This document shows positions 37,748 through 51,134 of a DNA stretch of 64,000 nt, piece after piece. Below the pieces are notes generated by a model. It saw nothing but the letters and a program-made list of their open reading frames with translations. It had not been told where the DNA came from and searched no databases. The stretch is from Octopus vulgaris (taxonomy: Eukaryota): assembly GCA_951406725.2 (NCBI GenBank), contig OX597817.1, positions 44,392,001-44,456,000 on the forward strand, read 5' to 3'. How positions within the stretch are numbered: position 1 is the stretch's first letter; every line of letters starts with the position of its first letter. Made by a program: the position numbers and the translations under genes.

Positions 37748-38528
37748 ATTTCTTTATTGCCCACAGGGGTCTAAACACAGAGGGGACAAACAAAGTGATT
37801 AAGTCGATTAGATCGACCCCAGATCGTAACTGGTACTTATTTAATTGACCCTGAAAGGATGAAAGGCGAAGTCAAGCTCGGCGGAATGTGAACTCAAAAC
37901 GTAACGGCAGACGAAATACCTATTTTACTGCCCACAAGGGGCTAAACACAGAGGGGACAAACAAGGACATATGCATTCATGGAGAAGAACGATATTTTCC
38001 CCATTGAACAAAAAGGGTGCCGCCGAGGCTCATACGGATGCAAAGATCAACTGCTAATTAATCGTATGATCCTTGAGAACTGTCACAACAAGCGCAGAAA
38101 TTTCAGCTCCGCATGGATTGACTATGAAAAGTCCTTCGACAGTATACCGTAATCATGGATCTTGAAATCGCTGGACATCTTCAAAATTTCCCCTATGATT
38201 TCAAGCTTCCTGAAGCATAATATGTCGTTGTGGAATACGAATCTCCAATTATACCACTCTAATGGAGTACTTGCCTCAGAGAATATAAACATCAACTGTG
38301 GAATTTTTCAAGGTGACTCACTTTCACCTTTAATATTCTGCATAGCCCTAATGCCCCTTACAAGTGAATTAAACAGAACAGGATATGGGTATAAAATTTA
38401 AAAAAAAAAAAAAGCCATCTATTTTATATGGCTGACTTAAAACTCTCGGCGGAATTTGAACTCAGAACGTAGCGGCAGACGAAATACCGCTAAGCATTTC
38501 GCCCGGCGTGCTCGCGATTCTGCCAACT
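37748..38528 (-). mobile_element. family C SINE dimer interrupted by a LINE fragment
   Basis: SINE sequence at 37748-37968 and 38444-38528. Confidence 0.85.
37969..38445 (+). mobile_element. R4/Dong-type RT internal fragment (second subfamily)
   Basis: FPIEQKGCRRGSYGCKDQLLIN...AWIDYEKSFDSIP*...GIFQGDSLSPLIFC...GYGYKI...YMADLKL. Confidence 0.9.
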
Positions 38529-38738
38529 AGTGTGTTTATATGTGTGTTTGTATGTGTGTGTATGTGTGTGTGTGTCTGTAAGTATGTATGCATATATATA
38601 TACACACGCGCATGCATGTACGCACACACACACACACACACATATAATCAATTGAAATAAACGAATAAAGTTGACAGACAGCAAGAAGAATGTACACTCG
38701 GAATGTATTAGTTTGACGCTCAGTGTATAAAGAAGGAG

Positions 38739-38771
38739 TCTGACGTTTCGAGCATAGCTCTTCGTCGGAAA
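38739..38771 (-). ncRNA. minimal hammerhead-like fold of PLE type
   Basis: Minus strand: TTT-CCGACGA-A-GAGC-TAT-GCTC-GAAA-CG-TC-AGA. U4 is C and stem I is short. Lies in a repeat (38650-38835) with a related fragment at 57610-57680. Confidence 0.55.
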
Positions 38772-38839
38772 GGAGAAAGAGAAACGTCTGAAGAAGTAAA
38801 AGAAATCGCCAACAACACGTGTGTAGTTACATTGTATAG

Positions 38840-39320
38840 ATACATTTATATATGGCGAACAAGGGTGTGGAGTGGAGTGAAAGAGTTTGAAGAGGACAGG
38901 ATAATGCATGCAAAACTGAAGAGAGATTTCAAGAAGAATGTTACGACCGAGAAGGTGAATCACAATGAACTTTTTGTTTGCACGGTTTGTGACAGACCAT
39001 GCCTTTCTTTTGCTGGGCTCAAATCTCATTTCCAAACCCATAGAAAACGAACCTCCACCAACTATTCTGCCTATATATCTGTGCACACCTTTCAGAAGGT
39101 TTGTAAATCTAACGGAGGCCTCAAAAGACATTTTAAGATCCACAAAGATCATAACTTATCTGCGGCTCTTGGTCGTCCAAATTGGAGGTGCAATCTATGT
39201 GGGCTGTCTTTTCAAAACATTGTCTGGTTTTAAAAGCTACATCAGATGCTGTGATGGTTCGAAGGTGTCAGTACAGGAGGTGGTCAAACTCTGCATAATG
39301 AGTAGACAACCACCAAGTAT
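38840..39320 (+). mobile_element. RTE LINE 3' end with three C2H2-like fingers and a (TATG)n tail
   Basis: WRTRVWSGVKEFEEDR...CTVCDRPCLSFAGLKSHFQTH...KVCKSNGGLKRHFKIH...CNLCGL, then a short UTR and (TATG)n at 39317-39420. Confidence 0.8.
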
Positions 39321-39520
39321 GTATGAATGCATGTATGTATGTATGTATGTATGTATGTATGTATGTATGTATGTATGTATGTATGTATGTATGTATGTAC
39401 GTATGTATGTATATATGTATGTGAGTGAACTCTGTAACCCTTTACTTGACCTTTCCTTCCTTCCTGTCTGTCTTCCTCTTTACCTGTCTCTCTCCTTATT
39501 TTTCACCCTTTCTAGTTTCC

Positions 39521-39560
<40 letters not shown>

Positions 39561-39689
39561 TCCTCATCTCTCTCACTGCTGAGTGGACTACCAACTTTCT
39601 TTTGCTCGCAGCTTTCTACAAGTCAACACCGACTTTTTCTTGCGCTCCGAATTTTTCCATCGTCTAGGCTTAAAAAAAAGCCCTTAATG

Positions 39690-40028
39690 TTGGTTTCATT
39701 GTCCTGTTTTTATTCTTTAAGTGTACTGCATTTTTATTTGTATTGCTTTTAGGTCCTGTTCTTGTCACTTTTTTTCTTTCCTTGTTTTACCCCTCTGCAT
39801 AAGAATTTTATTTAATTCTTTTGCAAGAAGGACTGCTTCGACCGGATCGTGTTCTGTCCTTACCTTCGAAACACGCATTGAGTCGAACCAGGGACAGCTG
39901 ATGAAGGGGAATATTCCTTGTATTGTTTGTCTTGTACTCTGTTTTTTCGTTGTTAAAAAAAGTCCGTCTCCTAGTTTGTTTTTATGTTTTCGTTTTTCAT
40001 TGTGTTCGTTTATTTGTGGTGTCCTGTA

Positions 40029-40074
<46 letters not shown>

Positions 40075-40195
40075 TGTATATATACATATAGATGTAGGTA
40101 CGTACATATATGTATGTATGTATATATTTTATTTATTAAATTATTATATGACTGAGCGCCCTCGCGTCGTTTCGTTTCTATTCTCCAAGTAACTT
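39690..40195 (+). mobile_element. (TA)n-associated repeat with a hammerhead-like multi-stem (copy 2)
   Basis: Homologous to 33600-34045. Confidence 0.6.
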
Positions 40196-40218
40196 TTTAT
40201 ATGTATGTATAGACTGAT

Positions 40219-40538
40219 GTGAAGGCGCATGGCTCAGTGGTTAGAGCGTCGAGCTTACGATCGTGAAGTTGTGAGCTCGAATCCCGAACCGGGCTGCGTG
40301 TTGTGTTCTTGAGCAAGACACTTTATTTCACATTGCTCCAGTTCACTTAGCTGTAGAAATGAGTTGCGACATCACAGGTGCCAAGCTGTATCTGCTGTTG
40401 CCTTTCCTTTGAATAACACTGGTGGCGTGGAGAGGGGAGACCGGTATGCATAAAACAACCTTGCCCGGACTTGTGCCTGGGAGGGTAACTTTCTAGGTCC
40501 AATCCCATGGTCTGTGTCGTGACCGAAAAGGCTCTCAG
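40219..40538 (+). mobile_element. family B SINE
   Basis: TSD ATGTATAGACTGAT at 40205-40218 and 40539-40552. Confidence 0.9.
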
Positions 40539-41584
40539 ATGTATAGACTGATGAAAAGAATAAGCGGGGTGGGGTGCGATTTGTTCGACTAAAACTCTTC
40601 AAGCCAGTTCTCCAGAATGACCGCAGTCCAGTGACTAGATAAAAGATAATGGATAACTGAAAAGATATCTTTGTTTCCTCTGTATATCGAGAAGCATTTA
40701 TTACGAGTAAGCTGATACTTGGAAATCCTTTTGACTCCTTTGTGGTGCCTTTCATTTATGGAGTTTCTTACTCCTTCGTTATATAAATCATCATCAGTGC
40801 TATATGGCGACGTTTCCGTCTCCAATTTCTGCTTTACTTCGGTTATAAAATATTATCGCTATTATGTTATTGTCCTAGAAGCCATTGGGAGTAATGTTAA
40901 TATCGTGAATAAATTCTAAATTATTTGTAAATCGAGTTTTATGGTATTGTTGTGTCGCGCTGAGACGAGGAGAAATCAAATTATGAAGACAGCTCTGGAA
41001 AGTTCCAGAAAAGGTTTTCCACACCTGATATCTAATGATACTGGGAAAAATACTGCTGAAAATTGCTATTCTGTGATAAATTCAGTTTGAAGAACCGTCT
41101 AAAAGAGTAGAGTAGATTTAGAGTCCATTTTATCAATGTGAATCTGGTCTGTTTCAAGGGTTTTTATGTACAGTAACAACATATCATTTAGCTCAGAAGT
41201 AGTTTTCATATAGAGACAAAGGTGGCTCTGTCGTTTAGAAGCTCGCTTTATAATCACGTGGTGTCTAGTTAAATATCACAACGCGGTAGAGGGAAACTGT
41301 GTGGAAGCCCGTCACACACACACATAAGTATATATATATATATATATATGAGTGTGTGTTTATGTGTTGTATGTGTCCGTGTGCCTGTTTCTTTGTATAT
41401 GTGCTCGTGTCCCTTCTCCATAGCGTAACGACTGGTGTTGGTTTGTTTACGTCCATGTAACTTGGCGGTTCGGTAAAAGGGACATAATGGTAGTAAAAGT
41501 CTCTTTTCTCTCTCTCGCTTTCTCTTTTGCTCTCTCCCTCTCTCTCTCTCTCACACTCTCTCTATCTGTGTTTTCCTTTCCTTT

Positions 41585-41970
41585 TTATCTTTTACTTGTT
41601 TCAGTTATTAGACAGCGGTCATGCTGGGGCACCGCCTTACAGAAATTGTAGTCGCTCGACTCGACCCTCGTACTTTTTTAAGCCAGGTACTATTTTTTGA
41701 TCTTTTTTGTCAAACCGCTAAATTTACAGGGATGTAAACAAACGAAAAATTGGTGTCAAATGGTAGTGGCGATGGTAACGGGGATGCACATACGATGGGC
41801 TTCTTTTAATTTCCGTCTGCCAAATCCACTCACAAGACTTTGGTCGATTCTAAGGCCTGTGTAGAAGACACTTGCTCAAGGTCTCACGCAGCGGGACTAA
41901 CGCAGAACTAACACAGAACTATGTGGTTCGGAAGCAAACTTCTTACTACGCAGCCACGCTTACGCCTGTT
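41585..41970 (-). mobile_element. family D SINE (old)
   Basis: Diverged reverse complement of family D. Confidence 0.8.
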
Positions 41971-42096
41971 GCCACGCCCGCGCCTGTTGCCACGCCCGCG
42001 CCTGTTGCCACGCCCGCGCCTGTTACCACGCTTGCACCTGTTGCCACGCCTGCGCCTGTTGTAACGCCCGTGCCTGCTGTCATGCTTACACCTGTA
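41953..42096. repeat. 18-bp minisatellite, 8 units
   Basis: Unit GCCACGCCCGCGCCTGTT starting at 41953, 41971, 41989, 42007, 42025, 42043, 42061 and 42079. Confidence 0.95.
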
Positions 42097-43312
42097 CGTG
42101 TATATTTTTGCTCGTACATGCGTGCATATGTGTGTTTATGTAAGCGTGCTTTTGCCTCTAGTGCCAAAAAGTGCAGTTGACAAAACAAGTTCATTATCCA
42201 GTCAGACATGCTAAAACACCAGCATCGAAACTACCACATTCCACCTTCATTCCATCCCCACAAAAACCAGTCTCTGAATCTTCTCTATGTTGCATGCCTA
42301 AAAATTCTCATAACCTCTTGCAACCCTAACTGGTTAGACAATAATTTTTTTTCTGAGTAATAACTTATAATGTAGATATACGATAACTCTTGTCTTTAGT
42401 TTAGATATTACATTATTGCTGAAGATATTGCATAATAGTTTATATTGCACAATAGTTTCGCTTTTATACCACAACATTAGTATCTATTTCTACCATTTCT
42501 TTGCTATCAGTGGTGCATTAAATGTCAGTAATAGTAGTGTTGTTAGTACCAATCGAATTAGTGGTGGTGTTCAAAACCTTAGTGATTATATTAACATTAT
42601 CTCTTGTTTGTGAATCGGGGATAACAACAGTTTAAAAAGGTGATATTCAGATTCAGCTCAGAAAAGGATCGGAAACAATACTCCAATTTCTGTTCATGCG
42701 GATTTAGAGCTAATGTCAGTTATAAGTATGCTTTTAGGTATACCGTAATGAATTCACAATGATTGATGTTCCATCTAGCAGACTCTACGAGCAATTCTAC
42801 TTCATTTGGTATCCAGTTTATATGAGCCATGCATGGACATGTTGTGTGCGTCTTTGCAAGCTTGTTAGTTGAATTGAAAAATGATTACCGGTAGAGGGAA
42901 ACGAGAAAATAAATGAAGAGGAAACAAATATGAGATCACTGATCGCTCTATAATGTAACAAATGCGTCGTTACGTTAACGTGTATAGCGATGGCCATGGC
43001 TATAATATATTGATTTCTCATTCTGGTACAAGACCGCAGATTTGAGAGGAAATATGTTGAGTTATTAAGTGAATGTTGTTTAGTATAGGGATGGTATTTA
43101 TTTTATCGACCCTGGAATGATAGAACCCCAAGTTGACCCAGAAAGGATCTCAGGGTATCGAAGGGTGGAAATTAAAAAAGAAAGGAAAAATTTAAGAATT
43201 TAGAACGTTGTTCTACATTTTTTTGTCCTCATGTATTACAGTACGTATGACATTGGTATACCGATTTCTATTACTATTCGTGTGCATGTGCGCGTGTGTG
43301 TATGTATGTGTA

Positions 43313-43544
43313 AAGGCGGCGAGCTGGCAGAAACGTTAGCACGCCGGGCGAAATGCTTAGCGGTATTTCGTCTGCCGTTACCTTCTGAGTTCAAATTCCG
43401 CCGAGGTCGACTTTGCTTTTCATCCTTTCGGGGTCGATAAATTAAGTACCAGTTACGCACTGGGGTCAATATAATCGACTTAATCCGTCTATCTGTCCTT
43501 GTTTGTCTCCTCCGTGTTTAGCCCCTTGTGGGTAGTAAAGAAAT
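43313..43544 (+). mobile_element. family C SINE monomer (well preserved)
   Basis: Complete head, core and tail ending AGTAAAGAAATA. Other monomers at 48998-49173, 50201-50416 and 52638-52840. Confidence 0.9.
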
Positions 43545-43707
43545 ATGTATGTGTGTATGTGTGTGTATTATACACTTACATATATGCATATATATTTATG
43601 TATATATATCAAAGTATGTAGACACACACATACACACATATACGTTAAACGCATACACATATACTCAGAAGCATATAACACTAAAACCGCATATATCCTA
43701 CATAAAT

Positions 43708-43903
43708 AGGCACAGGAGTGACTGTGTGGTAAGTAGCTTGCCTACCAACCACATGGTTCCGGGTTCAGACCCACTGCATGGCACCTTGGGTAAGTGTCTT
43801 CTAGTAGAGCCTCGGGCCGACCAAAGCCTTGTGAGTGGATTCGGTAGACAGAAACTGAAAGAAGCCCGTTGTGTATATATATATATATATTTAGATATAT
43901 ATT

Positions 43904-43953
<50 letters not shown>

Positions 43954-44150
43954 TGTGTCTGTGTTTGTCTCCCCAACATCGCTTGACAATCGATGCTGGT
44001 GTGTTTACGTCCCCGTAACTTAGCGGTTCGGCAAAATAGACCGATAGAATAAGTACTAGGCTTACAAAGAATGAGTCCTGGGGTAGATTTGCTCGACTAA
44101 AGGCGGTGCTCCAGCATGGCCCCTGTCAAATAACTAAAACAAGTGAAAGA
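43708..44150 (+). mobile_element. family D SINE, full length, with internal (TA)n(TG)n
   Basis: tRNA-like head GGCACAGGAGTGACTGTGTGGTAAG...GGGTTCAGACCC, CTTGGGTAAGTG, internal microsatellite and conserved 3' half. Aligns with 60416-60820. Confidence 0.9.
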
Positions 44151-44821
44151 TTAAAATACACTCACCTGCACACATGCACGTACATATTCACAGATAAACA
44201 GACACATACAGATTCCACACATGCACGTGCACGCGCAGACACTAGCATGCAGTACGCATGCATACAGACATGATACATGCAAACATAACGAAGAAGACCA
44301 ATGCTATTAAAAAATACTAGCATATTTATCTAATCCTGCGAATGCTACCTACGACACTTCATCAAGATAAACGAAATCAATGGACATACAGAGATTTCTG
44401 ACGTATACGTCAGTATTTTCTTGTGATCTTTCTCCCGCCTTCGTCATTTTTTATCTCCATATCTACATCTTGATCCTGATGAACATGCACGAGTTTTATA
44501 ACAATGTACGCTGATAATTAAATTTGAACGCCATTGGTTCGGGTTATCATCAGTGTGACATATATTTCCCTTGTTAACTGAGAACTTGTAAAGGAAAAGA
44601 AAATGTTGACAAGCATAGTTTTATTTTTTTTTTGTGATTTATATATTGTATACATTTGCATATACACACATACGACATACATACATATCTGAATTTGTGT
44701 GTGTTTGTGTGTATGCGTGTGTATATATATAAATACAACATATATACTTCTCTTTCTCTGATTCTCACCACATGTCTCTGTAAATATGTGTGTGGATATA
44801 TGTGTATGTATGTGTGCGTGC

Positions 44822-44878
<57 letters not shown>

Positions 44879-44931
44879 TATAGTTTTAAGTATATATACG
44901 TTTTATAATGTATATATATATAAACAATATG

Positions 44932-44978
<47 letters not shown>

Positions 44979-45021
44979 ATGTTATATATATATAACATAT
45001 ATATTATATATGTATATACAC

Positions 45022-45065
<44 letters not shown>

Positions 45066-45361
45066 ATGTATGTATGTATACATATGCGTATATATGTAAA
45101 TATACATACACACATGTCTACTTCTTTTATTCTTGCTCTATTTCTCCCGTTTTCTCTCATTTTCGCTTCCACCCCTCCTTCTCACTTCCTCCCCTCTCTC
45201 TCTGTCACTATATATATATATATATTTATATATATGATCGAATTAATTATATTTATGAACACATATTAATTTATATGAATGCGTCTGTCTCTGAGTCTTA
45301 TTGAAATATATACTATCAAAAGTACAGCATCAGTAAGCACTAACATTAAAGACATCTGCAT

Positions 45362-45408
45362 ACGATGATGATAATAACGACAACAACAATAACAATAACA
45401 ATAACAAC

Positions 45409-45452
<44 letters not shown>

Positions 45453-45489
45453 TAATAATAACAATAACAATAATAATAATAACAATAAC

Positions 45490-45575
<86 letters not shown>
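45362..45575. repeat. (AAT/AAC)n microsatellite
   Basis: Seen directly. Confidence 0.97.
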
Positions 45576-45577
<2 letters not shown>

Positions 45578-46049
45578 TTATAATTTTAATCGTCATGAAT
45601 CATCTGTGACACTATTAATAGCAAGAACCACATGAATATGAACAACACCTGAAAAAAAAAAGCAAAACAAAACAGAAACTGCATCAGTCATATATCTCAG
45701 AGCTTGTATCATCAATAAGTTGAACTAGCGATGCTACCGATCTTGTTTTGGTTGCTGTTGTTGTTGCCGTTGTTATTGTTGTTTATGACTTAGCTGTTGC
45801 ACATCTAGTTATGTGTTGCACATTGCAGAGTGCCACAAAAAGCTAGAGAGTTGAGTTAAGTCGGTGGCGGCATGACGATGAAAAGATAAGACATGTCAGC
45901 TAAATCAGTGTTGACTTTGGTCGGAAGAACAGAGAGGAAGGTGAACAATGGCTGCTGCTAGACTAACACAGCTGTCTATTGATTTCAGCAGCTTTTTTTG
46001 GATGTGCTGTGTAGCTGGAGGTAGGGTGGGGCGGCTTTCGAAGGTATTG

Positions 46050-48480
46050 ACGGTGGGGGAGCGGTGGTGGTTGGTTGTGTGTTGGTGGTGATAGTGGAGG
46101 TGGTTTATGTTGGAGGTAAGGATAGTGGTGGTGGAGGTTGTGCTGGTGGTGGCGGTGGTTGTGTTGGTAGTGGTGGTTGTGTTGGTGGAGGTAGTTTGTG
46201 TTGGTGGCGGTGGCTGTGCTGCTGATGGTGTTTCTTGCTGGTGGTGGTGGTGGTGGTGGTGGCGGTTGTTCTGTTGGTAGTGGTGGTTGTGTGGTGGTGG
46301 TTGTGTGGTGGTGGCGGTGGTTGTGTTGGTAGTGGTGGTTGTGTTGGTGGAGGTAGTTTGTGTTGGTGGCGGTGGCTGTGCTGCTGATGGTGTTTCTTGC
46401 TGGTGGTGGTGGTGGTGGTGGTGGCGGTTGTTCTGTTGGTAGTGGTGGTTGTGTTGGTGGTGGTTGTGTTGGTGGTGGTTCTGTTGGTGGTGGTTGTATT
46501 GGCGGAGGTTGTTTGTGTTGGTGGCGGTGGCTGTGCTAGTGATGGTGTTTCTTGCTGGTGGTGGCGGTGGTTGTGTTGGTGGTTGTGTTGGTGGTGGTTG
46601 TGTTAGCGTAGGTAGTATGTGTTGGTGGCGGTGGCTGTGCCGGTGATGCTGTTTCTTGCTGGTGGTGGCGGTTGTTCTGTTGGTAGTGGTGGTTGTGTTG
46701 GTGGCGGTGGCTGTATAGTGATGGTGGCGGTGGTTCTGTTGGTAGTGGTGGTTGTGTTGGTGGTGGTTGTGTTGGCGGAGGTAGTTGTGTTGGTGGTGGT
46801 GGCTATGTAGTTGTGTTGGTGGTGGTGGCTGTGCTGGTGATGGTGTTTCCTGCTGGTTGTGGCGGTGGTTCTGTTGGTAGTGGTGGTTGTGTTGGTGGTG
46901 GTTGTGTTGGTGGTGGTTGTGTTGGTGGTGGCTGTGTTGGCGGAGGTAGGTTGTGTTGGTGGCGGTGGCTGTGCTGGTGATGGTTGTTTCTTGATGGTGG
47001 TGGCGGTGGTGGTTGTGCTGATGGTAGCGGTGACGCTGCTTGTGCTACTGGAAGTAGTAGTGGTGGTAGTGGTGGTGGCGGCGGTTGTGTTATTACTGGT
47101 GGTTGTGCTGGTGCTTCATCTGGAGGTGGTCGTGGTTGTGATGATGGTGGTGGTGATGTTGTTGTTGGTGGTTATGTTTGGGGAGATGGTGGTGGTGGTG
47201 GTTGTTATTATTTGTCTTGATGGTGGTGACCGCTTTTTTTCGGTGGGATGTAGGTACTCGTAGTAGTAGTAGAGGTAGTAGTAGTAGTAAAGGTAGTAGT
47301 AGTAGCAACAACAGCAGCAGTAGTATATTGAAGGTGGTAGGGGTGATGTTTTGTTGGTGTTGGTATTGGTAGTGTTTGTATTCGTGTGGGTGGTTGTTGT
47401 TGGTACTGTGATGATGATGATGATGACAACGACGACGACGATGATGATGTTAGCAGTAGTAGTGATAGTGATATTAGTGGTATTGGCGTTTGTTTTTCTA
47501 GTGGTGCTGGAATTGTGTGTTGGTGGTAGTAGCAGTGATCGCAGCAGCGAAAGCCATGTTTAGGTTGTTGTTGTTGTTGTTGTTCTTGGTGGTGGTGGTG
47601 GTGGTGACGATTCTTGTCGTTGGTGGCGGAGACAGTATAATGTAGGATTGGGAATGAAGTTTAAGGCAACACCTTGCAGGTAGTACTGGTAGTAGTAGTG
47701 GTGGTATTGGTGCTGTTTGTACAGGTGGCAGTAATGGTGATGGTAACACTGACGGTAGTAGTAGTGATAGTGATAACTGTATTGGCAGTGGTAGTACTGG
47801 TGGTAGTGGTTGTGGTAGCGGTGGTTATGGTTGTAGTAGTAGTAGTGGTGGTGGTGGTATGGTAGTGAAGGTGGTAATACTGGTGGCAGTGGTGGTGGTG
47901 TTGGTCGTGGTAGTGGTGGTGGTAGTGGTGGTGGTAGTACTGATGGTAGTGGTTGTGGTGGCAGTTGTTATGGTGCTAGTATTTGTGGTGGTGGTAGTGA
48001 TCGTGGTAGTGGAGATGGTAGTGGAGGTAGCAGTGGTGGTTGTGCTAATGTTGAAAAAAGGTGCGGGATGAGAAGGCGAGGAGGTGTCATGATGGCAGTC
48101 GGGTGGTATGTTGATAGAAGTATATTAATGTAGTGTAGTAGCAGGGGCGAAGATGGAGCTAGTGGTACCAGAGGTAGTGATAGGGTGGTGGCAGAAATGA
48201 AGGTGGTAGTGGCGGTGGCAGTTGTGTAAACCGCTGATGGGTGGTGATAGGGTACATGAATTGGGGTTGGCTAGATTTCCATGGCGGGGTGTTAGTTGTG
48301 GTGCTAGTAGTAATAGTGGTTGTGGTGGTGGTTGTGTTGATGGAGAAGGTGGAGGTGGTAGTTATGGAAATATGGTTGTATGGGTGCTAATTGAAACTAT
48401 TGTAGTGGTAAGGTTGGTGTTGTAATCTGGGTGGTAGTGGTGGTGGTGATAGTTGCAGTTGTTGTATGGTGGTAGTTGCT
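46050..48480. repeat. GGT-rich low-complexity region with higher-order repeats
   Basis: Recurrent block GGTGGCGGTGGCTGTGCT..TGATGGTGTTTCTTGCTGGTGG at about 46203, 46364, 46520, 46624, 46820 and 46958. Confidence 0.9.
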
Positions 48481-49269
48481 GTGTGGTAGTGACGTGGGTC
48501 GCAAAAAAAATATAGGCGTAGGTAGAACAGTTCGGTGGTGTTGGGGATGGAGCAGCGTGGTGGCGCTAGCGATGATGGTAGTGATGAAATATGGGGAATA
48601 CAACGAAGATGGTGGTGGATATGCTGTGTAAGGAGTGGAGGGGATGGAGGTGCGATGAAGAGAATAAATATGCGGTTGTGTTTTGATAAAGGATGGGTGG
48701 TAGTTTAGTGGTGGAGATGGTATGATGGTGAGGTAGTAGTGTTGAAAAGACGTGGAGTAATAGGGATGATGAAATTGTTAAATTTTTTCTAACCACTTGA
48801 ATGAAGTTTTTCCAATTTTCACCTGATTATTTTCAATAAATGTTGTTCTCTTATAGTTTCGCATTCTTCTGAACAATATGGCGCTTCTTAAAGGTGGGCT
48901 GTGACGTAATACAAAGAGTACGTTAATAATAAAAGATTAAAGAACATGGTTTCTTTCTCTAACATTTTTGCGTAGTTCAATATGTTTCTGACCACTTAAG
49001 GCGGCGAGCTGGCAGAATCGTTAGCACACCGGGCGAAATGCGTAGCGGCATTTCATCTGCCGTTACGTTCTGAGTTCAAATTCCGTCGAGATCGACTTTG
49101 CCTTTCATCCTTTCGGGGTCAATAAATTAAGTACCAGTTACGCACTGGGGTCGATATAATCGACTTAATCCGTTATCCAATATATCCATTTATGAACAAG
49201 ACGTCCAGGTGTAGATTAAGAGAGAGACGTTTCGCTGATATTTCTAGCCGACGGTACAGTCAATTAAAG

Positions 49270-50070
49270 ACTCGGTCGTTGACGCCCTGATTTTGTTTGT
49301 AGTTCAATGTGGATGAAAATGGAGATATTTGATGACACCGTCACAGGCATAAGGAAATCTGTCGGGGATGTTTGAGTTATTGGAGGTGAATTGTAGTGGA
49401 GAGTAGACTTCGTTGAGGAATGGCATAAATCGGATGATTTCTTCACTAGTGAAAGTTGTTGCGAATTTATTATCACAGATGTAATGTCAGAATAGATCCG
49501 AGTTACACCAATGTTTGTTTAATGTAAATACAGTTTCTTCAATCTGGCGTATAAATATATTCGTGCCATCATAGTTTTCATAATACCAACGTTAATCTGA
49601 GGTAAAGCTCGCCATGAATATAAGCAGTTTAGAGAGAAGTCATTATCAGGTAGCTAAAGGAAGGTGGTGGTACATCCACGCTCCCATCTATACTGATTAT
49701 ATTCTTTGGTTCGAATATGGGGAAGAAAACGAAGAGATGCTGAAAAGCAGATAGGCAATTATTGTGCAGGATCACAATCTATAAAGTTTCCCATTCTTAA
49801 CAATTGAGTATAGAAAGGTGAAAAATGGAAAAGAAATATACAGAGGATTTGAGATGAATGAGGCCCAGAAAATGTTGATATATGGAAATAGGGAGAGAAA
49901 AAATTAACTATGTAAGCATTTGGAGATATTTTGGAAACACGGTGAGTAGAATAATCTACATTGGGGGACAATAAAGCGACGAACCAGATTATTACGTTTG
50001 AGAATTTGGGGAGTAAGTTGTATATAGTGGCAGAGTGGTGAGTATTCAATATAAGGCTATTGGGCGTGAG
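49270..50070 (-). mobile_element. decayed Penelope-like element reverse transcriptase
   Basis: Ordered motifs across frameshifts: TIYNLLPKF (FYLLPKIHK), STHRVSK, SPFYTQ (SLYTNI), HGELYL, NIFIRQIEE, HYICD (RYIDD), RFMPFLNEVYSPLQFTS...FPY. Confidence 0.6.
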
Positions 50071-50139
50071 AGAATGCAGAGTTAAGGAATAAGTGAATTA
50101 ACAGAGACTGGATAAAATTTGTAGATTGTTAAAGAAATG

Positions 50140-50551
50140 TGCAGGCGTGGCTTTGTAGAGGTGCAGGCATAGATGTGTGGTAAGAAGCTGTGAGGTAAGA
50201 AAGCGGTGAGTTGGCAGAATCGTTAGCACGCTGGGCGAAATGCGTAGCCGTATTTCGTCTGCCGCTACGTTCCGAGTTCAAATTCCCCCGAGGTAGACTT
50301 TGCCTTTCATCCTTTCGGTGTCGATTGAATAAGTACCAGTTACGTACTGGGTCGATGTAATTGACGTTATCCCTTTGTCTGTCCTTGTTTGTCCCCTTGT
50401 GGGCAATAAAGAAATAAGAAATTTGTTTCCCAACCACATAGTTCCGGGTTCAGTCCCATTACGTGATACGTTGGGCAAGTGTCTTCTACTATAGCCTTAG
50501 GTCGGCCAAGTCCATCAGTGGATTTGATAGGCAGAAACTGAAAGAAGGTCG

Positions 50552-50588
<37 letters not shown>

Positions 50589-51134
50589 AATGAGATAGGG
50601 GTTGAAAATTCAACCCACCATGGGATAATATATATCCAATATACTGCTAGATAGGTACCCAACAAAATTAATACATAGATGTTAAAAATTGTCAAACAAT
50701 CAGTTCATCTATTGTATTATATGGGTAAAGGTAATAAAATTACCGTAAATTAATACTACAAAATTAGAGAATGGAGAAACATACTTAAATCAGTAAAACA
50801 TCAACTATCCGATGATACTCAATCCATACTTTAATACACCATTACATATGAGTAAAGGCAATATATAAAATGAAATGAGATATACAGTAATAGTAAAAAG
50901 ATAAAGAGATATAAGTAAAAATTTCAAATATAATATGCAAATAAATCAAAAGTTTTGATTTATTTGCATATTATATTTGAAATTTTTTACTTATATCTCT
51001 TTATCTTTTTACTATTACTGTATATCTCATTTCATTTTATATTGCCTTTACTATATGTATGGTGTATTAAAGTATGGATTATATCATCGGATAGTTGATG
51101 TTTTACTGATTTAAGTATGTTTCTCCATTCTCTA

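Noticed and set aside
41953-42096. CRISPR-like array (also considered for the 184-nt SINE multimers)
   Set aside because: Units are contiguous without unique spacers, there are no cas genes, and the context is eukaryotic.
46397-48071. Gly/Cys/Val-rich ORFs resembling keratin-associated or mucin-like proteins
   Set aside because: GGT-derived repeat with frequent frame breaks and no signal peptide or splice structure.
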